DNA of 64,000 bases, taken from positions 2,358,001 to 2,422,000 of the forward strand of contig CM075992.1 of assembly GCA_038087875.1 (NCBI GenBank), written 5' to 3'. Numbering within the stretch: the stretch's first letter is position 1; each line of letters begins with the position of its first letter. Shown here piece after piece: positions 24,319-37,500 of this stretch. A program made the translations under genes and the position numbers. The stretch is from Malacoraja senta. Lineage: Eukaryota. The notes under the pieces are model-generated. The model had not been told where the DNA came from. It saw nothing but the letters and a program-made list of their open reading frames with translations, and did not search any database.

Positions 24319-27300
24319 CTGCCTGTCGCACTGAGGTGACGTTCGGGAGGGTCTGAAGAAGGGTTTTTGGCCCAAAACGTTGCCTATTTCCTTCACTCCA
24401 TAGATGCTGCCGCACCCGCTGAGTTTCTCCAGCACTTTTGTCTACCTTCGATTTTCCAGCATCTGCAGTTCCTTCTTAAGCACTGAGTTACTCCATTATT
24501 TTGTGTTTATCTTCGCTGTCAACCAACATCTGCAGTTCCTTCCTCCACAGTTCCTTTCACATGCCCAGCACAGTAATTTAATTACTTTTTTATGACTAGT
24601 TACAGTTATTTTGTAAGCAGAGACTGATGGTAGATCACATGTTTGCTCGTTAATAGGAAGAAAAGCCAACAACTGTGTGGACATTCCTAATTATAGGAAC
24701 AATTTACTGAGATCTTGGCTACTCTTATAGTCAGTGCCACTTTCCTGCCTGACCCATAACGTTGCTGTGAAGACCAAGTTCAGGCCAAGGTTTCCAATTT
24801 CCTGAGCTGTCATTGTCATCAAAACTGGCTTCCATTTCCCAAAGATAGACACAAAAAGCTGGAGAATAGTTCTCATTCCGCTAACATGCAGAATATGGTG
24901 GTAGCGCAACAGCTCCAGGATAAAAGTCTAATGTCCGCATCACTTCTGCATGTGAAAGACAACATTAACAGAATTAAAGGTAGACAAAAATGCTGGAGAA
25001 ACTCAGTGGGTGAGGCAGCATCTATGGAGTGAAGGAAATAGGCAACGTTTCGGGTCGAGGCCCTTCTTCAGACTGATGTGAGGATGGGGGGGGGGGGAGG
25101 CGGGAAGAAGAAAGGAAGTGGCGGAGCCAGTGGGCTGAGGGAGAGCTGAGAAGGGGAGGAGAAAGCAGGGACTACCTGAAATTAGAGAAGTCAATGTACA
25201 TACCGCTGGGGTGCAAACTGCCCAAGCGAATATGAGGTGCTGCTCCTCCAATTTATGGTGGTCCTCAGTCTGGCCATGGTGGAGTCCCAGGACAGAAAGG
25301 TCGGATTCGGAATGGGAGGGGGAGTTGAAGTGCTGGGCCACCGGGAGATCAGGTAGGTTAATGCGAACCGAGCGGAGGTGTTGGGCGAAGAGATCGCCAA
25401 GCCCACGCTTGGTCTCACCGATGTAGAGCAGCTGACATCGAGAGTAGCGGATGCAATAGATGAGGTTGGAGGAGGTGCAGGTGAACCTCTGTCACACCTG
25501 GAAAGACTGCTTGGGTCGTTGAATGGAGTCAAGGGGGGAGGTAAAGAGAGAAGTGTAGCATTTCCTACGGTTGCAAGGGAAAGTGCCGGGAGAGGGGGTG
25601 GACGAATTGACCAGGGAAGGGACGAATTGATCCCTGGTCATTTTTGTCCCTTCCCACTCAAACCACCCACTCTCCTGGCACTTTCCCTTGCAACCACAGG
25701 AAATGCTACACTTGTCGATCCCCACCTCTAATCTTGTTTTCAAGCGTCATTCTATTGAGCAATTACAAGTGGCTTGGGCCAGGGCCCTGCTGAGCTACTG
25801 TTCTTTAGCTCAGGCGATTGAGTCATACATGGCACCATGCAGATAAACTGCTCAGAGTTGCTGCCGTCAGCAGTTAAGTTAAAAGTTCAGTCATATTTAT
25901 TCATCAGATCGCTTGTCCTCAGAGCAGTGGGCTCAACTTTCCTGGTTTAGCGAGCCGTACGTGAGCTAGTCTTCCAGTCCTGATCTCTGTTGACAATGTC
26001 TATGTTTAGTTTAGTTTCATTTAGAGATACAGCACGGAAATGGGCCCTGCGACCCATCGGGTCAGTGCAGACCATCGAGCACCCCTTCACACTAGTTCTA
26101 TGTTGTGCCCCGTTCCCATCCACTCCTTACACACCAGGCTTGGAACAATTTACAGCGGACAGTCAACCTACAAAGCTGCAAGCCTTTTGGATGTGGGAGG
26201 AAACAAGAACATCCAGAGGAAACCCATGCAGTCCAATGGAGAACGTGCAAACTCCACACAGACAACATTCGAGGTCAGGATTGAACCTGAGTCTGTGAAG
26301 CTGCAGCTCTATGGCTGTAGTGCTGTGAATGTTTGGACAGATACATAGATACGAAATTTGGAGGGATAAGGGCCAAACGTGGGCAGGTGGGACTGGTGTA
26401 GATGGGGCACCTTGGTTGGGGTTGGCAAGTGGAGCTGAAGGCCCTGTTTCCATGCTGTCTGATTCTATGATTCACTGACTACCTGCATTGATGTCAAATA
26501 ATAAACAGTAGTTTGTTTCAGTGTGAGAGTTTCTGCCATGGAATAACCTGCTGATATACAATAAACCCTTTCATATGAAGAACTGCAGAGTTTTAATGTT
26601 GGATTCATCAACATCTAGAACACCAGGGAGTAAGGCCATAAGCTCATAAGTGATAAGAGTAGAATTAGGCCATTCGACCCATCAAGTCTACTCCTCTATT
26701 CAATCATGGCTGATCTATCTCTCCCTCCTAACCCCATTCTCCTGCCTTCTCCCCATAACCTCTGACACCCGTACTAATCAAGTATCTACCTATCTCTGAC
26801 TTTAAAATATCCATTGACGTGGCTCCATGGCTGTTAACAGAATGTTATTGTTTAGTGGTGGGGGAATTTAATGCAGAACTAGGGAGGTAGCACTTCAGAT
26901 ATAGAGAGCATTGGTGAGACCACATCTGGAGAACCGTGCAAAGTATCGGTCTCCTACTTCATTGGAAGTGGTTTAAAGAAAGTTTATTACAGCCTTCTGA
27001 GACAAAGGTGTTGGGTGAAAAGGAAATTCCTTTTATTCAAGTAAACAATTCAGTCTGCAGTCATCAGATTTTTAGCACTGATGACTGCTTATTATTAGAA
27101 TATACCAAGGATGTTTAAAGATCAAGGATGTGTCGGAAACACAACACACTCAGCCTCATTCGATTGATCAAACCGATAACATACAGAATGAAGAAGGGTC
27201 TCGACCCAAAACGTCACCCGTTCCTTCTCTCCAGAGATGCTGCCTGTCCCGTTGAGTTACTCCAGCATTTTGTGTCTATCTTCAGTTTAAACCAGTATCT

Positions 27301-29849
27301 GCAGTTCCTTCCAAAAATACAGAATACATCAGGATTACCCTTTTGTTAATACAGGAAAATAAAGTTGTTTTGATCAGAAACATTTATTTCAGATATTCCT
27401 GTGGGGAGTGAAATCTGAAAACTTGTAAACATTCAGAGAATTAGCGAATCTTACAGCCTCAGAGATGGTCATGCTCGTTCTGTTTGGGTTCAATGGCTCA
27501 GTGGTCGTATGTACCTAGGTTCAGTGAAATTCCTTTCGTGCATATCCTTCAGTAAATATCTTATTCTACATAGGCACAATCATATATAGGTCCAAGAGTA
27601 GAAACAGGAAACAAGGAACTGCAAATGCTAGTTTACAAAAAAAAAAAGACACAGTGCTGGAGTAACTCAGCATCTCTGGAGAACATGGACAGGTGACGTT
27701 TCGGGTCTGGACCCTTCTTCAGACTTATTGAAAGGGGGGGGGGCAGTAGTGGTGCAGAAAGAAAGCTGTAAGAGAGGAGGAGGCAGGGACAAAACCGGAC
27801 ATGTAATAAGTTGAAGATAGACACAAAAAGCTGGAGGAGCTCAGCAGGTCAGGCAGCATCTTTGGGGAAAAGGAATAGGTACATCACATTATCCTTTTCT
27901 CCATAGATGCTGCCTGACCTGCCGAGACCCTTCTTCACACTCGACCTGAAACGTCACCAATTCCTTTTCTCCAGAGATGCTGCCTGACCCTCTGAGTTAC
28001 TCCAGCTTTCTGTGTCTATCTTCGGTTTAAACCAGGATCTGCAGTTCCTTCCTACACATGTAATAATCTGTTGATACAGGTGAGGGGGGTTATTTGATAG
28101 GCAATGGTTGGACAAGGCTAAAAATGAAAAGAGAGACGGTGTGAGACAAAAGGATTTCAGAGTTGCGAAATGTGAAGCTGGAGGAAGGAATGTAGGTGTG
28201 AGGGAGGGGGAGGGGAGAAGTGGGTGTAAGTCCAGGCGGGGGACAGGAAGTGGGGAGAAGGGGGTTGGAAAGAAGAGGATTACATGGGGGAAGAAGAGAG
28301 AGGTGAAGACTATTCTGAGGACTCGCAGAATGATAGAGTTATAGAGTCATAGAGTGATACAGTGTGGAAACAGGCCCTTCGGCCCAACTTGCCCACACCG
28401 GCCAACACATCCCAGCTACACTAGTCCCACCTGCCCGTGCTTGGTCCATATCCCTCCAAACCTATCCTATCCATGTATTTACGATTTAATGAGAACAGAG
28501 GGAACAATAATAAATCTTCTGGCCCTCTCCTTTTCCCAGGAGCAGCTGCCAGATCACCTATCCTACATTTCCAATCAGTCACCTCCATGTTGATAGATAT
28601 TTGGTGCAGGCAGCTTGACATTTTACATTGTTGACAGCCATCCTTTGAACTGACTCAGCACCAGATTCTTGTTCTTAACCTTTTAATCTTCAGTTTTCAT
28701 TAATTGAAACAATATGTACTATTTAATAACTGGTGGAGAGCTTCAGTTGGCAGAGTTCCTGGTTGGCAATGAAGTAGAGATTCTCCGGGGCTTTAAAATG
28801 GGTGTCAACATGGAAGATAGAACATTACAGCACGGGAATGGGCCCTGCAGCCCACAATTTTCATGCTGAAAAATTATGCCAAGTTAAAACTGGTCTCTTC
28901 TGCCTGTACGTGATCCATATCCCTCTATTCCCTGCAGTCACATGTGCTTCATAAAATACCAATATTGTATCTGCCTGCACCACCACCCCTGGCAATGCGT
29001 TCCTAGACCCCACCACTCTCTGCGTGAAAAATCTTGCCCCGCACATCTCCATGGCACTCTTGATAGACACAACATGCTGGAGTAACTCAGCGGGACAGGC
29101 AGCATCTCTGGAGAGAAGGAATGGGTGACGTTTCAGGTCGAGACCCTTCTTCAGACTGAGTCAGGGGAGAGGGAGACCAGAGATATGGAAGGGTAAGGTG
29201 TGAAATTGACAGATCAAAGCAGATGCTGATAAGGAAATGTAGAATGGTTTATTGATAGCTGAGGGGAAGGTGACAACGAGGCATACAAACAGTAGAACTA
29301 GTCGGAGAACTAGGATGGGGGAGGGATGGAGAGAGAGGGAACGCAAGGGCCCCTAGCTTATGCACTCCATTGGCAGGGATTACTCCGGCCACCAGAGGGA
29401 GCTTGAACCCCTGTTCTGCAGCAACCCACAACACAATGAATACATCCTGCATATTTAGCATGAGAACATTCCTAAAGTCTTCACTGAAGTTTTATTAAAC
29501 AATATTTGGAAATTTCTGGGCTGATTGTCCAAACTTGGACAACGAGGTCAGTTTTAAATTGGTTTAAAGGGAGTGCAGTTGTGCAGGGAGTGGTGATCTA
29601 AGTTCAATTCCAACCTCCCATGCTGTCTGTGTGGAGTTTGCACGTTCTTCTGTGTGTGCTTGGGTTACCCTCGATGCTCCAAGTTCTTTCCAGGTCCCCA
29701 AAGCAAGATGGTCGGTAGATTAATTAGCTGCTGTGAATGATCTCTGGTGCAGGTGAACAGTGGGTAAATCAGAGGGTGACAATGGGCATCTAGAGAGGGC
29801 AGATTGCAGGGAAATACATGGAGGAATGGGGTTAATAGGGTGGCTCAGG
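24319..29849 (+). repeat. Near-identical tandem copy of ~18590-24118 (probable false duplication)
   Basis: Offset 5731-5737; identical ORF series; both copies end at the gap. Confidence 0.9.
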
Positions 29850-30150
29850 AGCCTGCACAGACTTGATGGGCTGAATGGCCACATGCTGTGTTGAGACACA
29901 ATACGGGAAGAGGAAAGAAGTAACAAGATGAAGAGATATTGGGAGGGAAATCCAGAACTTGGGACCTTGCACGCTGAAGGTAGGGATGTTGATGGGACAA
30001 GATGGATTCAGGCAATGAGTCAGAGAATTGAGGAAGCACAGAGACCCAGGAAAGATACATGGACAAGGAGAGACCAGAGTGCAGGGAGGAATTTCTTCAC
30101 AAAGACCTGGAATTTCCAAGGAGGTTTGGCCTAATCAGCTGGGAGAAGTT

Positions 30151-30165
30151 CTCTGTCTGTCTGTC

Positions 30166-30219
<54 letters not shown>

Positions 30220-30358
30220 CCTCCCTCCCTCCCTCTCTCCCCCTCTCTCTCTCTTTCTCTCTCTCCCTCCCTCCCTCCCTCTCTCCCCCTCTCTCTCTCT
30301 ATCTCTCACTCTCTCACTCCTCTCCACCTCCTCTCCTCTCCCTTTCTCTCTGTCTCTC
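30151..30358. repeat. (TCTG)n followed by a CT-rich polypyrimidine tract
   Basis: Direct inspection. Confidence 0.95.
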
Positions 30359-32546
30359 AAACATTCCCCACTTCCCTCCATGCCACCATAACTGGTGCCT
30401 AGAATTGAGTACGTTATGTATGCAAGGGTGTCTGAAATAGCACTAAACTACGAGTCCTTTTTTACTGCAAAGTTCTGGGTGGAAACTAGAATAGTTTATA
30501 TTTAATTTATATATTAATTTTATATAGTACATTAATGTACCTATTATCTTTAATAATTCCTCAAACATGTTATGTTTAACTGAAAGAGTGTGACTTGAAT
30601 AATTTCCAAACTTGGCTAGTTCGATCATGTTTTGTTGGTAGATTTGTTCGATCATTAGCATTATTAACAACACATGTGTTGTTTGGGAATCATTGTGGGA
30701 TCAACCGCAGCAGTAACTGCAGCATTAATTACTTTCAATGCAATGGACTCAAAGGATAAGATAAACAACATGTGCAGGAAGGAACTACAGATGCTGGTTT
30801 ACACCAAAGACAGGCACAAAATGCTGGAGTAACTTAGCAGAACAGGCAGCTTCTCTGGTGAGAAGGAATGGGTGACATTTCGGGTCTGAAGAAGGGTCCC
30901 GACCCGAAAAGGACACCCATTCCTTCTCTCCAGAGATTCTGCCTGGCCCGCTGAGTTACTCCAGCATTTTGTGTCTATCTTCAAGATAAATAACATGATG
31001 AGTTGTTGCTTGGGGAGTGTTTGAGTTAACTCCTGTTAAACATCAGAGGCCGGCGGCTGAGGAAACCAATGCTGAGCCTGGTCTCATTCTAATCTGACTT
31101 TCTGGAACATGTACATTCCACAAGGCGTCAATGCTGAGAGATCAGGCACAGAAATCTGCTTGAATATTACCATCTGGATCACAACTTCCTCCAGCCGAGG
31201 GCCGTTTCTGTAACACAGAACCAGGGAGGAGGACGTGACCCCATTTTTAAAGGAAAAGTGGAGTGTGTGCGTGAAACACAAACCCAAGCGTAACTACAGT
31301 GTAGCTTTCTTGTTCTGCAACCATTCTTGTAAATGACAGAAATTAGATTGGCGCTCACTTCCCATTTTTAAATGTCAAATACGTGAGCTGCTGAGTATCT
31401 CGAGTGATGTTTAGTGGAGGTTGTTCTTGGGGGAGAGGGGTAGAGAGAGAGGGTGGGGAGTTGAGAGATGAAGATTGTGAAGTGGAGCCACTATTGACCA
31501 GACCAAGCGCGGGCTCGGCGATCATTTCGCTGAAACACCTCCCCGCTCAGTCCGCCTAAACCTACGCGAGTACACAAAAATGCCGGAGAAACTCAGCGGG
31601 TGCAGCAGCATCTATGGAGCGAAGGAAATAGGCAACGTTTCGGGCCGATCCCTTCTTCAGACTTAAACCTACGTGATCTCCCGGTTACTAAACACTCAAA
31701 TTCCCACACAGACCCTTGTCCTCCATTGTCAGAGTGAGGCTCAGCACAAATTGGAGGAACAGCACCTCATATTTGGTTTGGGCAGCGGTATAAATATTGA
31801 CTTCTCTAGTTTAGTTTAGAGATCCAGCGCGGAAACAGGCCCTTCGGCCCACTGAGTCCACACCGACCAGCGATCCCCACACACTAACACTATCCTACAC
31901 ACACTAGGGACAATTTATACTTATACCATGCCAATTAACCTACAAACCTGTACATCTTTGGACAGGCAGCATCTCTGGGGGTGAAGGAACGGGTGATGTT
32001 TCGAGTCAGACCTGAGTCATGGATTATTTCTAGTTAATAGGATAATAGCAGAATATGACTCCCCCCATTACAATATAATGAATTTAAAGTTACTGCCAAA
32101 CAACACAGAATGTAACGTAATTGGAATGTTTGTTATGTGAAAGCATTGTTGTTCACAAGGGGAAATTTTGGCTAAGTACAAGCACCCTGCTTGAAATATT
32201 GTTCACAGGAAGACTGCAGGACTGTACAAAGTGAAATGGTCAAATCAAGGTTAAAAAAAAAATTTAGGCGCATTGCCAGAGTCTGTTTACTCATCCAACA
32301 TGAGCTGGTTGCACAATCTGGAAAATTACCGTGTGGAATTTCCCAACTCACAAATAAATGCCTCGTGATAACTCTGCAATAAAGCACACCATATCCTTCT
32401 GCTAGACCGGCAGGTTTATTCCATCATCAGGGGAAACGGGATTATTCTTTTCATTAAGTGTGTTTCAAGGGAAGCCAGTTTCTGAGCACTAACATTACTT
32501 GCAGCACCTTGTGAATGAGTAAGAAAATCTTCAGCTGCAAATCAAC

Positions 32547-33101
32547 ATGGTGGCGCAGCGGTAGAGTTGCTGCCTTACAACGCCAGACACCCGGGTTCTA
32601 TCCAGGGTGGTACCTGTACGGAGTTTGTACGTTCTCCCCGTGACTGCGTGGGTTTACTCCGGGTGCTCCGGGTTCCTTCCACACTCCATAAGACCTACAG
32701 GTTTGTAGGTTAATTGGCTTGGTATAAATGTAAACGGTCCCTCGTGTGTGTGGGGTGGTGTAAAGGGCCGGTCCCACTGTACGAGGTAATTCAAGAGCTC
32801 TCCCGAGTTTAAAAAAAAAATCAAACTCGTGGTAAGTATGTAGAATGTACGTAGCGGGTACGGCGGAGCTCGGGGACGTCTCTTAGCGACTCGCAACGCT
32901 AAAATGTCCACGAGAGCCCCGAGTACCTACGTGCGGCCATCTCCGAGTTCGAATCAGGGGAATTCGGGAGAATTGAATTACCTCATAGAGCGGGACAGGC
33001 CCTCTAATGTGCGGGAATAGCTGGTCGGTGCGGACTCCGTGGGCAGGGGCCTGTTTCCGCGCTGTATCTCTAAACTAAATTAATAAAAAACTAAACTAAA
33101 C
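32547..33101 (+). mobile_element. HE1-type SINE interrupted by a Harbinger-like MITE (32764-33003)
   Basis: SINE head at 32547 and tail at ~33070-33100; insert bounded by AGGGCCGGTCCCAC ... CGGGACAGGCCCT. Confidence 0.85.
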
Positions 33102-33239
33102 TGGTGAAAATACTCATACGCTCACTGTGACTCATTGCTTTCACAGGCCCGGGGGAGGGGGAATTCCAACATTACTCAAGGTCCACTTTCAACCATTTGT
33201 ACTTTTGCTTGCTAATAATGGCACTTCACTCACAATGAG

Positions 33240-33533
33240 AGTTTAGTTTAGTTTACTTTCGAGCTACAGCATGGAAACAGGCCCTTCAGCCCACAGAGTC
33301 CGTACAGACTGGCGATCCCCGCACACTAACACGAGAGACAATTTACATTTACACCAAGCCAATTAACCTACAAACCTGCGCGTCTTTGGAGTGTGGGAGG
33401 AAACCGAAGATCTCGGAGAAAACCCTGGCAGGTCACGGGGAGAACGTACAAACTCCGTACAGGCAGCACCCGTAGTCGGGATGGAACTCGGGTCTCTGGC
33501 GCTGTGAGGCAGCAACTCTACCGCTGCGCCACC
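33240..33533 (-). mobile_element. HE1-type V-SINE
   Basis: Near full length: tRNA head, V-domain, (TAAAC)n tail. Confidence 0.88.
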
Positions 33534-34480
33534 TTTTAATTTGGAAGTGTCTCTGATGGTAATTAAAATCAATTGTACGTGACCTTCCCTATCCCCAGCT
33601 TTGCCAGTTATTAAAGAGTGGTTTAGTGGAAAAGTTGGTTAGTGAAACGCGCAAAGAGTTACTGAGAGCAATCTTCTGGGCCTCTGGATATTGAAGAGGT
33701 GGAGAATAGCTGATGTGAGTGTGGATAAGGGTGAGTGGAAGTGAACGCCCTGCAACAATTCCAGGAAAAAAGAGGTGTCGGCGTCATCAGGCCATCAAAT
33801 CCTTACATAATTCCTGGATAACCAGATCAATCACTGGATGAGATTAACATGCCTCGCTGATTGTTCTGTTGTAAACATTTGGTGGTGATTTCTGGTGAAT
33901 GGAGTGTGGCACGCCAGGGCAGACTAAGAAAAAACACCCTGGTCCCCAGTGTAATTCAGGATTTCCATTTCTGAGCAGCAAGGTGATCAATATTCTCTGA
34001 GGAGAAGGAAAGGGTGATGTTTCGGGTCGAGAGCCTTCTGAAGAAGGGTCTCGTTTTGGGTTTCTTCAGTCTGAAGAAGGGTCTCGACCCGAAACGTCAC
34101 CCATTCCTTCTCCCCAGAGATGCTGCCTGTCCCGCTGAGTTACTCCAGCATTTTGTGTCTATCTTCGATTTAAACCAGCATCTGCAGTTTTTTCCTGCAC
34201 ATATATTTGACAAATATTTTTTCTTAATTCATAATTCTTCAGATGTGTAGAAGTCCAACAAGACATCTCATAATGTTATAAAAAGGAACTGCAAATGCTC
34301 GTTTATACCAAAAGTAGACACAAAATTATAAAGTTGCTCAGCGGGTCAGGCAGCATCTCTGGAGAAAATTATGAGAGGCAGTAGACAATCAGAACCTTTT
34401 TCCCGGGATGGAAATGTCCAACACTAGAGGGCACAGAGGGTACAGCTATAAGGTGAGAGGGGAAGAGTTTAATGGATAAA

Positions 34481-34516
34481 GGGTCTGAAGAAGGGTATTG
34501 ACCTGAAACGTCACCC
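34481..34516 (+). ncRNA. Minimal type-I hammerhead ribozyme-like motif in a Penelope-derived repeat (representative copy)
   Basis: GGGT-CTGAAGA-A-GGGT(ATTG)ACCT-GAAAC-GTC-ACCC: core boxes, stem II, palindromic ACGT stem III, 4-bp stem I. Similar copies at 34071, 39909, 40687 and (minus) ~19308-19336. Activity untested. Confidence 0.6.
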
Positions 34517-37500
34517 ATTCCTTCTCTCCAGAGATGCTGCCTGTCCCGCTGAGTTACTCCAGCATTTTGTGTCTATCAAGAGTGCCATGGAGATGTGCGG
34601 GGCAAGATTTTTCACACAGAGAGTGGTGGGATCCAGGAACGCATTGCCAGGGGTGGTGGTGCAGGCAGATACAATAGTGGCATTTTATGAAGCACATGTG
34701 AGTGCAGGGAATAGAGGGATATGGATCACATACAGGCAGATGAGACCAGTTTTAACTTGGCATAATTTTTCAGCATGAAAATTGTGGGCTGCAGGGCCCA
34801 TTCCCGTGCTGTAATGTTCTATGTTCCATGTTGACACCCATTTTAAAGCCCCGGAGAATCTCTACTTCATTGCCAACCAGGAACTCTGCCAACTGAAGCT
34901 CTCCACCAGTTATTAAATAGTACATATTGTTTTAATTAATGAAAACTGAAGATTAAAAGGTTAAGAACAAGAATCTGGTGCTGAGTCAGTTCAAAGGATT
35001 GCTGTCAACAATGTAAAATGTCAAGCTGCCTGCACCAAATATCTATCAACATGGAGGTGACTGATTGGAAATGTAGGATAGGTGATCTGGCAGCTGCTCC
35101 TGGGAAAAGGAGAGGGCCAGAAGATATATTATTGTTCCCTCTGTTCTCATTAAATCATAAATACATGGATAGGATAGGTTTGGAGGGATATGGACCAAGC
35201 ACAGGCAGGTGGGACTAGTGTAGCTGGGATGTGTTGGCCGGTGTGGGCAAGTTGGGCCGAAGGGCCTGTTTCCACACTGTATCACTCTATGACTCTATAA
35301 CTCTATCATTCTGCGAGTCCTCAGAATAGTCTTCCCATCTCTCTTCTTCCCCCATGTAATCCTCTTCTTTCCAACCCCCTTCCCCCCACTTCCTGTCCCC
35401 CGCCTGGACTTACACCCACTTCTCCCCTCCCCCTCCCTCACACCTACATTCCTTCCTCCAGCTTCACATTTCGCAACTCTTAAATCCTTTTGTCTCACAC
35501 CGTCTCTCTTTTCATTTTTAGCCTTGTCCAACCATTGCCTATCAAATAACCCCCCTCACCTGTATCAACAGATTATTACATGTGTAGGAAGGAACTGCAG
35601 ATCCTGGTTTAAACCGAAGATAGACACAAAAAGCTGGAGTAACTCAGAGGGTCAGGCAGCATCTCTGGAGAAAAGGAATTGGTGACGTTTCGGGTCGAGT
35701 GTGAAGAAGGGTTTCGGCAGGTCAGGCAGCATCTCTGGAGAAAAGGATAATGTGATGTACCTATTACTTTTCTCCAGAGATGCTGCCTGACCTGCTGAGT
35801 TCCTCCAGCTTTTTGTGTCTATCTTCAACTTATTACATGTCCGGTTTTGTCCCTGCCTCCTCCTCTCTTCCAGCTTTCTTTCTGCACCACTAACACCCCC
35901 CCCCCAACCCTTTCAATAAGTCTGAAGGGTCCAGACCCGAAACGTCACCTGTCCATGTTCTCCAGAGATGCTGAGTTACTCCAGCACTGTGTCTTTTTTT
36001 TTGTAAACTAGCATTTGCAGTTCCTTGTTTCCTGTTTCTACTCTTGAACCTATATATGATTGTGCCTATATAGAATAAGATATTTACTGGAGGGAATGCA
36101 TGAAAGGAATTTCACTGAACCTAGGTACATATGACCACTGAGCCATTGAAACCAAACAGAACGAGCATGACCATCTCTGAGGCTGTAAGATTCGCTAATT
36201 CTCTGAATGTTTACAAGTTTTCAGATTTCACTCCCCACAGGAGTATCTGAAATAAATGTTTCTGATCAAAACAACTTTATTTTCCTCTATTAGCAAAAGG
36301 GTAATCCTGATGTATTCTGTATTTTTGGAAGGAACTGCAGATACTGGTTTAAACTGAAGATAGACACAAAATGCTGGAGTAACTCAACGGGACAGGCAGC
36401 ATCTCTGGAGAGAAGGAATGGGTGACGTTTTGGGTCGAGACCTTTCTTCATTCTGTATGTTATCGGTTTGATCAATCGAATGAGGCTGAGTGTGTTGTGT
36501 TTCCGAGCAAATGTTGGATGCAAGGAAACGGTCAATGTTCGGGGAAGCAACCAACAAAACTGTTCAATGCATGCCTTGACCTGAATTGTCTCTTCATTTC
36601 TGCTAACTGAGATAAATGCATCCTCTACGCACCTCTTTATAGCATCCAGATGGTCAAACCATTAGGAACTGAATATTCCTATCCTTGATCTTTAAACATC
36701 CTTGGTATATTCTAATAATAAGCAGTCATTAGTGCTAAAAATCTGATGACTGCAGACTGAATTGTTTACTTGAATAAAAGGAATTTCCTTTTCACCCAAC
36801 ACCTTTGTCTCAGAAGGCTGTGATAAACTTTCTTTAAACCACTTCCAATGAAGTAGGAGACCGATACTTTGCACGGTTCTCCAGATGTGGTCTCACCAAT
36901 GCTCTCTATATCTGATGTGCTACCTCCCTAGTTCTGCAATAAATTCCCCCACCACTAAACAATAACATTCTGTTAACAGCCATGGAGCCACGTCAATGGA
37001 TATTTTAAAGTCAGAGATAGGTAGATACTTGATTAGTTTGGGTGTCAGAGGTTATGGGGAGAAGGCAGGAGAATGGGGTTAGCAGGGAGAGATAGATCAG
37101 CCATGATTGAATAGAGGAGTAGACTTGATGGGTCGAATGGCCTAATTCTACTCTTATCACTTATGAGCTTATGGCCTTGCTCCCTGGTGTTCTAGATGTT
37201 GATGAATCCAACATTAAAACTCTGCAGTTCTTCATATGAAAGTCTTTATTGTATATCAGCAGGTTATTCCATGGCAGAAACTATCACACTGAAACAAACT
37301 ACATCAATGCAGGTGGTCAGAGAATCATAGAATCAGACAGCATGGAAACAGGGCCTTCTGCTCCACTTGTCAACCCCAACCAAGGTGACCCATCTACACC
37401 AGTCCCACCTGCCCACGTTTGGCCCTTATCCCTCCAAATCTCGTATCTATGTATCTGTCCAAACATTTACAGCACTACAGCCATAGAGCTGCAGCCTCAC

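Noticed and set aside
24319..29849. Genuine third segmental copy
   Set aside because: Gap-anchored and almost identical to the preceding sequence; treated as a likely artefact pending read evidence.
30028..30402. Ser/Leu/Pro- and Arg/Glu-rich ORFs
   Set aside because: Translations of (TCTG)n and CT-rich repeats.
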